A DNA stretch of 64,000 nt, taken from IMG/VR virus record IMGVR_UViG_3300025018_000100. One strand, written 5' to 3'. The notes beneath the pieces are model-generated. The model had not been told where the DNA came from and did no database searches. It saw only the letters and a program-made list of their open reading frames with translations. Shown here in pieces: positions 56,680 through 64,000 of the stretch (positions within the stretch are counted from its first letter, which is position 1; each line of letters starts with the position of its first letter). The position numbers and the translations under genes are program-made. Source of the stretch: a virus.

Positions 56680-57493
56680 TACTGACCTAAATAGAGTATA
56701 CTGGAAATATAAAAATAGTTCCCTAATGAGGCCAAAAATATATGAGGGCGTTTATGTAACAATCCCTAGATATAAATCATTTACTAATTTTTATGATGAT
56801 TTAATATACGAGGTCTCAGAATTTCATAATAGATGGGGTAAGTCTTATAATTATGTATTAGCTTTAAGTGGTGGGGTTGACAGTGAAGCTACTGCTTGCG
56901 CTTTTAATCATCTTAAAATACCTTATTCAGCTATTAGCTTAAATTTATTTAATAGAAATAAGTATGATTTAGATTGGGCTTACTCTTTTTGTAAACGTAA
57001 TAAAATAGAACATACAATTATAGATATAGATTTACAAAAACTATGTTATAAATTACCTAAATTTGTAAAGTATGGTCAATTTAGTGAGAGTTTAAGTCAA
57101 GCGGTACTGTGCGAATTATTAGATGTTCAAAGTACAAATCAAATAACTATTTTTAGTGGTCATAATCCTGATTTTCATAACAAACTAGGTTTTGGTTGGT
57201 GGGAAGACTGTATTAATATGGTTAAATATGCTATCAACACAAATAAAAGATTTTATACTTTTACTAGTTTAGAAAGCATTTTTTGTCATTATGCAAGAAA
57301 TATAGATTTAAATCAAGCAGGAAACAAAGATAGTACATTTATTCATAACGCCTTTCCAGAAATTAAAAAAAGACCTAAATATACTGGGTGGGAAAATTGT
57401 CATGATATACATTATGAATTTAGTAGATTTTTAAACAAAACAACCTGGTCAGACACAGATGAAAGAACTCAAATTTTTGTGACATGGAGATAG
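56672..57493 (+). CDS. PP-loop protein
   Basis: LALSGGVDSE, RPKYTGWE. Confidence 0.75.
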   Translation: MTNTDLNRVYWKYKNSSLMRPKIYEGVYVTIPRYKSFTNFYDDLIYEVSEFHNRWGKSYNYVLALSGGVDSEATACAFNHLKIPYSAISLNLFNRNKYDLDWAYSFCKRNKIEHTIIDIDLQKLCYKLPKFVKYGQFSESLSQAVLCELLDVQSTNQITIFSGHNPDFHNKLGFGWWEDCINMVKYAINTNKRFYTFTSLESIFCHYARNIDLNQAGNKDSTFIHNAFPEIKKRPKYTGWENCHDIHYEFSRFLNKTTWSDTDERTQIFVTWR

Positions 57494-57494
57494 A

Positions 57495-59324
57495 ATGATA
57501 GAATTAGAAAGATTAGAATGGAGTCACATGTACAGTTATGGAGCAGATAATGTACTTGACCTAAATAAAGAAAAAATCACACAGTTAACAGCCCCTAATG
57601 GTACTGGTAAGACTAGTATATCTTTAATTATTCAAGAATTACTATTTAGTAAAAATATTAAAAAAATTAAAAAAGGAGAAATTCTGCATAGACATAGCGG
57701 TGCAAAGTCTTGGTCAGGAAACTTGTATTTTAAAAAAGATGCAAACGATTATTGTATTAAAGTAATTAGAACAGGTGCTTCTACTAAAGTAACTCTGTTA
57801 GAGAACGGAAAAGATATTAGTGAACACAAGGTACCAGATACCTATAAAAAAGTATTAGATATTCTTGGTATAGATTTTGATATATTTACTCAGTTAAATT
57901 ATCAAAGTAGCAAAAATGTATTAGAATTTCTTTTAACTACGGATGCAAAGAGAAAGCAGTTTCTTATCAATTTGTTTAAACTTAATAAATATTTAGAAAT
58001 TGGAGAGACCGCTAAATTTAAATTACAACAAGTAGAAAAACAAACTACTAAGTTAGAAGGTGAGTTGGAAGGTGTAATTAAGTTTTTAAATGAAGCTAGA
58101 ATACCAGAAAAAAAATATGAAATTGATGTCCCAAAAATTGATGAAGATTTAAGAACTCAACAAGCATATCTTATGGCAGAAATTAAAAACCATAGAGAAA
58201 AAGCTAGATCAATTGATAAGAATAATATATTAAAAAATGAAAGAGATAGTATAAGTTTTGATATGAATATAGAAGAATTTGATTATGATACTTTTAAGAA
58301 TAAAAATACTAAACATCAAATTATGGCTTCTGAAATTAAAACTTTACAACAAGAACAAGCTAAAATTGCAAAGAAAATTAAAGATCTAGATTTAAAAGAT
58401 ACATGTTATGCTTGTGGTCAAACTATAGATATTAGCCACAGTTTAGTAATTAAAAATAACTTTGAATCTGAGTCTTTAGAATTAATGAAGAAAGAACATG
58501 AAGCTAAGAATGTATATTTAGAAATTGCTTCTGAATTATCTTCTTTATTAGAAGATAAGAAGAAATACGAGGAAAATAAAAAAGCTATTGAGAGATTTGA
58601 ACAGTTATCCCAGCTTATTGATGAAGAAATGGACAGTACTATTGATGATTTTGATAAACTGGAAGTAGATTTACGTACCATCAATGCTACTATTAAAACT
58701 CAAGAAGAAGAGAGAGAAAAAGCACAAAAGCATAATGAATCTGTGAGAATCTCTAATACGAAAATCGAAGCCCTAGTAGAGCAACGTCGAGAATTTTTAG
58801 CTAGACAAAAGCTACTAGAAGATGATATAATACAGTTTAAATCAAGAGTAAATGATTTAACAATTCTACGTAAAGCCTTTAGTCCTAGCGGTATAGTGGC
58901 ATATAAGATAGAGAATTTAACTAAGGAACTAGAGGACGCAATTAACTCCTACCTAGCTGAGCTTTCAGACGGTCAATTCCATATTGTATTTAGACTCGAT
59001 GGAGAGAAACTAAATATTGTTGTTATAGATCAAGGTGTAGAATCACCTATCGAAACAGCCTCTGATGGAGAGTTTAGCAGAATCCAAACAGCAGTATTAT
59101 TGGCTATCAGAAAGTTACTATCTAACATTAGTGGTAGCTATATAAATCTTTTATTCTTAGATGAAATAACAGGTGTATTGGATGAAGCCGGTAAAGAAAA
59201 ACTAATTGATGTATTAAGAGAAGAAAAGAATTTAAATGTATTCTTAATTTCTCATGATCTTACACACCCTCTAATAAGTAAGGTTAATATAAATAAGAAT
59301 GATAAGATAAGTTATATAGAATAA
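57495..59324 (+). CDS. Rad50/SbcC-like ATPase (T5 D13-like)
   Basis: NGTGKT, coiled coil with CYAC hook, SDGE signature, LFLDE, SH. Confidence 0.92.
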   Translation: MIELERLEWSHMYSYGADNVLDLNKEKITQLTAPNGTGKTSISLIIQELLFSKNIKKIKKGEILHRHSGAKSWSGNLYFKKDANDYCIKVIRTGASTKVTLLENGKDISEHKVPDTYKKVLDILGIDFDIFTQLNYQSSKNVLEFLLTTDAKRKQFLINLFKLNKYLEIGETAKFKLQQVEKQTTKLEGELEGVIKFLNEARIPEKKYEIDVPKIDEDLRTQQAYLMAEIKNHREKARSIDKNNILKNERDSISFDMNIEEFDYDTFKNKNTKHQIMASEIKTLQQEQAKIAKKIKDLDLKDTCYACGQTIDISHSLVIKNNFESESLELMKKEHEAKNVYLEIASELSSLLEDKKKYEENKKAIERFEQLSQLIDEEMDSTIDDFDKLEVDLRTINATIKTQEEEREKAQKHNESVRISNTKIEALVEQRREFLARQKLLEDDIIQFKSRVNDLTILRKAFSPSGIVAYKIENLTKELEDAINSYLAELSDGQFHIVFRLDGEKLNIVVIDQGVESPIETASDGEFSRIQTAVLLAIRKLLSNISGSYINLLFLDEITGVLDEAGKEKLIDVLREEKNLNVFLISHDLTHPLISKVNINKNDKISYIE

Positions 59325-59336
59325 GGAGATTTATAT

Positions 59337-62300
59337 ATGTTAGCACCTGGATATATTCCATTAAAGTTTCATTTAAATGAGGCATTCAAAACTAAATTAA
59401 GAAATAAACCTGTAAAGTGGGGTTTTGGTGGGTTAAGTGAATTTACTTTTTACAGAACATATTCTCGCCCTAAAGAAGATGGTTCCTTAGAAACATGGGC
59501 AGATTGTGTATTAAGAGTTATTGAAGGAATGTTTACTATTCTTAAAACTAATGCTCAATACTCTCACATTCCTTGGGAAGTGGATAAAGCAGAGAAGCTT
59601 GCCGAGGAAGCTGCTGAGAGAATGTTTGACTTTAAATGGACTCCCCCTGGACGAGGTCTATGGGTTATGGGTACCGATATGGTATGGGATAAGGGCGGAG
59701 CTGCCTTAAATAACCCTCTCCATGAAGATACCAAAATTCTTACCGAGGAATATGGTTGGATTGCTTTGAAAGAGATTGAAGGGCAAAACGTAAGAGTATT
59801 ATCTAAGCTACGTAGTAAGCAAAAATTTACTGGAGGAGCAGGGTTTGTGGATGCTTATATTTCTACTAAAGAAATGCAGCCTTCTTATAAAATTACTATT
59901 GAAACTCTACTAGGTAATATTAAAGAAATTATAGCATCTGAAAACCATAGATGGTTTGTTATTACTGATAAAAAAAATAGTTTTGAAAACCGAATTACTA
60001 CAGATTATCTTACTAATAAACATTATTTGCCAAGAGCTACACCCACTAAGCAGTACGAACCTAGCTTTGCAGGTTACTGTCATGGGTTTTTCTTCGGCGA
60101 TGGTACACGTAGTAATGGAGAATTACATCAATTCACAGAAGATAATAAAAAAATATTAAATAGTATATTTCCTGAAATTAGTTTTAGAGAAAATATCTAT
60201 AAATTACCTTCAGGTTTAGAAGCTAAGATAGTAAAAAACCTTCCTAAAGCTTGGTCTAAAGTTCCTGAGGGAGATTATGCTACAGATAAGAAGTATGTCT
60301 TTGGATTTTTAGCGGGATATTTTGCTGCAGATGGTTCTGTAGGGACTACCTATAGAATTGCCTCTTCAAAGATAGAAGAACTAGAAAAGGTCCAAGAATT
60401 ATTTGAATATGTAGGTATTGAAACTAAAATCATTAAAGATAGCTCTAATTCAACCAATTTTAGTGAAGATAGAGATTTATACCAATTAAATATTTGTAAA
60501 CATGATTTAAATGAGAAATTCTTCTTAAAAGAAAGTCACTTACATCATTGGGTAGAAAATAAATCTAAAATAAAAAGACCACTCCATAAAGTAATATCTA
60601 TAGAAAAACTAGAAGAACTGCAGCCTGTTTTATGTGCTGTAGTTCCAGAACACGAAAACTTTGTTATTGACGGGTTTACTGTAACTTCTAATTGTGCTTT
60701 CGTAACAACTAAAAATATTGGTACTGAGTGGAGTAAACCTTTTGGATTCTTAATGGATATGAGTATGTTAGGAGTTGGTGTTGGATTTGATACAAAAGGG
60801 GCTGGTAATATTGATATATACAAACCTGAAGGTGATCCAGAAGTAATTACTGTGGAAGATAGTAGAGAGGGGTGGGTAGACTTAATATGTACTCTTATCG
60901 ACAGCTATATGGACCCGGATGGAGTTCCTATTATTCCAGATACTCATTTAGTTAGAGAATATGGAACTCCTATTAAAGGATTTGGAGGAGTAGCTAGCGG
61001 CCCAGAACCTTTAGTACAAGGTTTCTACGGAATCATGGATATTCTTAATAAAAGAGCTAATAGTGACGATAATTATATTACTAGTACCGATATTGTTGAT
61101 ATCATGAATATTATTGGAAAAATTGTTGTAGCAGGAAACGTTAGAAGATGTTTACCTGAAGATACACTAATTCATACAAAAACAGGATTAAAAGAAATAA
61201 AAAATATTATTCCTGGAGAAGAAGTTTACACTTCCAAGGGTGTTAGTAAAGTATCGGAATTAGTATATCAAGGAGAGCAAGAAGTTATTTCTATAAATAC
61301 TCAGCTAGGTAGTTTTAAATGTACTCCAAAACATAAAATAGCTGTCTTAGACTCTACAAATACTTATTATTGGACCCAAGCCCAGTATCTAAAGACTGGA
61401 GATAGATTAGTATTTCCAGAACATGAAATAGAAGGGATAAAAACTAGTTTACCTAGTTGGGAATATAATAAAACAGAAAAATCAACAACATGTAAAGATA
61501 TTACAATACCTGAATTAAATAAAGACGTATCTTGGTTACTAGGATTATTTCACGGAGACGGATACACATATCCTAATTTTGAAAAAAATGGATATAATGC
61601 TTATATTAGTATTGCATGTGATAATGTTAATTATCCAAGTATTACAGTTAAAGCAAAAGAAACACTAGCTAGTTTTGGACCTAACTTACATTTTTGTGAT
61701 ATACCAGATTCAGAAAAAGATAAAAGTTATAAAATTAGAATACAATCTAAACAATTATCTTGGTATTTTTCTAAGTTTAAAGAAGCACATAAATGTATAA
61801 GTGTGCCTGATTTTATTCTTCAAGGTACTAAAGAAATTAGAGCTTCGTATCTAGCAGGCCTTTTTGATGCTGATGGTTCTAGTATAGACAGAACTACTAT
61901 AGCTGTTTATACAGTTTATGAAAAGTATGCGAAACAAATACAAGCATTGTATGCTAGTCTAGGTATTCCTACACGTATAAAAGAAAATTGGCAAAAAATA
62001 TATTTAGTTTCTATCATAGGACAGGATACAATAGAAAAATTTGAAAAACTAATAGCTATTCACTCTGAAAAGTACCATAATTATAATAAGACTAATAGGA
62101 GTCAAAATGATTTTGGGTATCCGAGTGCTTGGATAGACAAAGAAGTAGTAAATTATGGTAAATCTTGGACTCCTCAACAAGAGCAAATGACTTACCATAA
62201 ATTCAAATCTTTAAAAGGAGATAGTAATTTAATTCCTATTAAAGTAGAATCTATAGAATATAATAACGAAGTAGTAAATACATATGATATTAGTGTTCCA

Positions 62301-63653
62301 GGAGCAAACGAGTTTATTGCTGGTGAAGGACTATTAGTCCATAATACTGCTGAAATTGCTTTCTCAGAACCAGACGATGAAAATTTCATGACCATGAAAG
62401 ATTATACTAAGTTTCCTGTAGAAGTAGGAGCAAAAGCTCCTCTTGAGTTAAAGGAAGTTGATCCAGAAGCTTATGAAAAATATAACTCGTTTATCAGTAG
62501 AAAAATAATTGAGGAAAAGTACCAAGAAGAGCCTTGGGCATATAAGTTTGGAGGCTGGAGATGGGCTTCTAATAATAGCTTATTAGGAGTTGTAGGTATG
62601 AATTACGATAAAGCCGCAGCAAGTATTGCTGTAAATGGTGAACCAGGGTTTGCATGGTTAGATAATATGCGTAAATATGGTAGAATGAAAGATGGAATTA
62701 ATAATAAAGATCATAGAGTAATGGGGGGAAATCCTTGTCTGGAACAATCTCTAGAGAGTTATGAGCTTTGTTGTTTAGTTGAGAATTTTCCTAATGCTCA
62801 TAAAGATTATTGGGATTTCCAACGTACTTTAAAATTCTCTTATTTATACGCAAAAACTGTAACTCTAATGGGTACTCATTGGAGCGAGACAAACAGAGTC
62901 ATTGCTAGAAATAGAAGAATTGGTTGTTCTCAGAGCGGTATTCAAGAAGCTATTGGACGTTTTGGACGTCGTAAATACTTTGATGAATTTTGTGATAGAG
63001 CGTACAATTACATTCAATATGTAGATAAAAAATATAGTGAGTGGTTAGGTATTCCTCTTAGTATTAAAACTACAAGTGTTAAGCCTAGCGGAACTGTTTC
63101 TCTAGTAGCAGGAGCTCTTCCAGGTATTCATTATGCGGAAAGTGAAAGTTATTATAGAACAGTTAGAGTGTCTGCTATTAGTCCTTTAGTTGAAATTTTA
63201 AGAAAATCTAACTATAGAATTGAACCTAGCGTAACAGATAGTAAAAAAACGGTAGTTATATATTTTCCAGTTTTACACGATGTGGGAACTGTAACAAAAA
63301 GTAGCGTAAGTATTTGGGAACAGTTTAAAAATGCTGCCGACATGCAATATTGGTATGCTGATAACCAAGTAAGTATTACAATTACCTTTAAAAAAGAAGA
63401 AGCTAGTGAAATTAGTAGATGTTTAAGTACTTTTGATAATGAATTAAAAGGGGTTAGTTTATTACCTTTAGCAGATCATAATTATGAACAAGCTCCTTAT
63501 ACGTCCGCTCCAAGAGAGGAAATAGAAGCTTATCAAAAACAACTATTACCGTTAGATTTTAGTATTCTAACAACTACACAGGTAGAGGAAGCTAGTGGAG
63601 AAAATCTAGAAGCAAATAAATTTTGTGAGGGAGATTCTTGTCAATTATTCTAA
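59337..63653 (+). CDS. nrdJ: Class II (B12-dependent) monomeric ribonucleotide reductase with two inteins; 713 aa after splicing
   Basis: RTYSR, PPGRGLW, LNN|CAF, GNVRR|TA, GGNPCLEQ.L, TTSVKPSGT, C-terminal FCEGDSC. Confidence 0.95.
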   Translation: MLAPGYIPLKFHLNEAFKTKLRNKPVKWGFGGLSEFTFYRTYSRPKEDGSLETWADCVLRVIEGMFTILKTNAQYSHIPWEVDKAEKLAEEAAERMFDFKWTPPGRGLWVMGTDMVWDKGGAALNNPLHEDTKILTEEYGWIALKEIEGQNVRVLSKLRSKQKFTGGAGFVDAYISTKEMQPSYKITIETLLGNIKEIIASENHRWFVITDKKNSFENRITTDYLTNKHYLPRATPTKQYEPSFAGYCHGFFFGDGTRSNGELHQFTEDNKKILNSIFPEISFRENIYKLPSGLEAKIVKNLPKAWSKVPEGDYATDKKYVFGFLAGYFAADGSVGTTYRIASSKIEELEKVQELFEYVGIETKIIKDSSNSTNFSEDRDLYQLNICKHDLNEKFFLKESHLHHWVENKSKIKRPLHKVISIEKLEELQPVLCAVVPEHENFVIDGFTVTSNCAFVTTKNIGTEWSKPFGFLMDMSMLGVGVGFDTKGAGNIDIYKPEGDPEVITVEDSREGWVDLICTLIDSYMDPDGVPIIPDTHLVREYGTPIKGFGGVASGPEPLVQGFYGIMDILNKRANSDDNYITSTDIVDIMNIIGKIVVAGNVRRCLPEDTLIHTKTGLKEIKNIIPGEEVYTSKGVSKVSELVYQGEQEVISINTQLGSFKCTPKHKIAVLDSTNTYYWTQAQYLKTGDRLVFPEHEIEGIKTSLPSWEYNKTEKSTTCKDITIPELNKDVSWLLGLFHGDGYTYPNFEKNGYNAYISIACDNVNYPSITVKAKETLASFGPNLHFCDIPDSEKDKSYKIRIQSKQLSWYFSKFKEAHKCISVPDFILQGTKEIRASYLAGLFDADGSSIDRTTIAVYTVYEKYAKQIQALYASLGIPTRIKENWQKIYLVSIIGQDTIEKFEKLIAIHSEKYHNYNKTNRSQNDFGYPSAWIDKEVVNYGKSWTPQQEQMTYHKFKSLKGDSNLIPIKVESIEYNNEVVNTYDISVPGANEFIAGEGLLVHNTAEIAFSEPDDENFMTMKDYTKFPVEVGAKAPLELKEVDPEAYEKYNSFISRKIIEEKYQEEPWAYKFGGWRWASNNSLLGVVGMNYDKAAASIAVNGEPGFAWLDNMRKYGRMKDGINNKDHRVMGGNPCLEQSLESYELCCLVENFPNAHKDYWDFQRTLKFSYLYAKTVTLMGTHWSETNRVIARNRRIGCSQSGIQEAIGRFGRRKYFDEFCDRAYNYIQYVDKKYSEWLGIPLSIKTTSVKPSGTVSLVAGALPGIHYAESESYYRTVRVSAISPLVEILRKSNYRIEPSVTDSKKTVVIYFPVLHDVGTVTKSSVSIWEQFKNAADMQYWYADNQVSITITFKKEEASEISRCLSTFDNELKGVSLLPLADHNYEQAPYTSAPREEIEAYQKQLLPLDFSILTTTQVEEASGENLEANKFCEGDSCQLF
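59715..60692 (+). mobile_element. Class 3 intein (Pro1, WCT triad) with LAGLIDADG domain, 326 aa
   Basis: Starts PLHEDT; block B SENHRW; block F VLCAVV; block G VTSN|C; GFFFGDG and LAGYFAADG. Confidence 0.9.
61149..62345 (+). mobile_element. Class 1 intein with LAGLIDADG domain, 399 aa
   Basis: CLPEDT, CTPKH, LGLFHGDG, LAGLFDADG, TYDISV, VHN|T. Confidence 0.93.
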
Positions 63654-63674
63654 AAATTGATATAGTAATAATTT

Positions 63675-64000
63675 ATGACCCATTTACCTTTACCTACAGA
63701 TAAAGTAGATATTATAAGTTTGTTTGATTTAAGTGGTTTGGCTATAATACCTTTTACAAAGAAAGGGTATAAAACGCTAGTAGTAGATAATCAAGCTACT
63801 GAGTTAAATAGTAGAGCCACTTATACAAGCAACGTTGATATATTAAATTATGAACACGAAATAACTAACTTAGCAAAAACTGCTAAGTTAGTTATTGCTT
63901 TTCCACCCTGTACTGATCTTGCTGTTTCTGGCGCTAAACACTTTAAAAATAAGGCTGCAAAAAATCCAAATTTTCAAAAAGAGGCATTACATCTTTTTAA
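63675..64000 (+). CDS. C5 DNA cytosine methyltransferase-like protein (runs off window end)
   Basis: IISLFDLSG motif I and AFPPCTDLAVSGAKHF motif IV. Confidence 0.82.
   Translation, partial: MTHLPLPTDKVDIISLFDLSGLAIIPFTKKGYKTLVVDNQATELNSRATYTSNVDILNYEHEITNLAKTAKLVIAFPPCTDLAVSGAKHFKNKAAKNPNFQKEALHLF

Noticed and set aside
555-62395. Short antisense or off-frame ORFs nested in long genes (555-782, 4638-4859, 11290-11478, 15343-15624, 39224-39556, 40598-40921, 45082-45372, 60545-60823 and similar)
   Set aside because: Shadows of well-supported genes, without RBS or motifs
1-64000. CRISPR array, rRNA, integrase, IS elements, virion structural genes
   Set aside because: No repeat-spacer array or recognisable motifs seen

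Overview
This is a 64-kb piece of a large, very AT-rich tailed-phage genome. Genes run on the minus strand from ~20.2 kb leftwards and on the plus strand from ~20.3 kb rightwards. The right half is a T5-like replication module: NAD-dependent ligase, D5-like DNA-binding protein, DnaB-type helicase, primase, family A polymerase, intein-containing D10-like helicase, D11-like SSB, D12/D13 Mre11-Rad50-like pair, class II RNR with two inteins, and a partial C5 DNA methylase. The middle (20.9-36.7 kb) is a block of sugar and small-molecule modification genes with bS21, a tRNA-like RNA and a permuted two-piece tmRNA embedded in it. The left part is accessory: Ro60/TROVE with a structured leader RNA, a three-gene secreted operon resembling hfaA-hfaB(CsgG)-hfaD, seven tRNAs (one an 8/4 tRNA-Ser), NADAR and macrodomain genes, carbamoyltransferase, Hsp20 with a ROSE-like thermometer, SGNH proteins and Fpg/Nei. 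The permuted tmRNA, bS21 type and hfa-like genes point to an alphaproteobacterial host (inference). The strongest candidate for an undescribed system is the phage-encoded CsgG/HfaB export operon with a 4x53-aa amyloid-like subunit. Other notable items are the Ro60 leader RNA, a PTH2 gene interrupted by an ATG-ACT-TAG minigene, a Pro1 class 3 intein and a frameshifted cupin gene missed by the ORF track. All family assignments come from motif recognition by eye; no database search was run.
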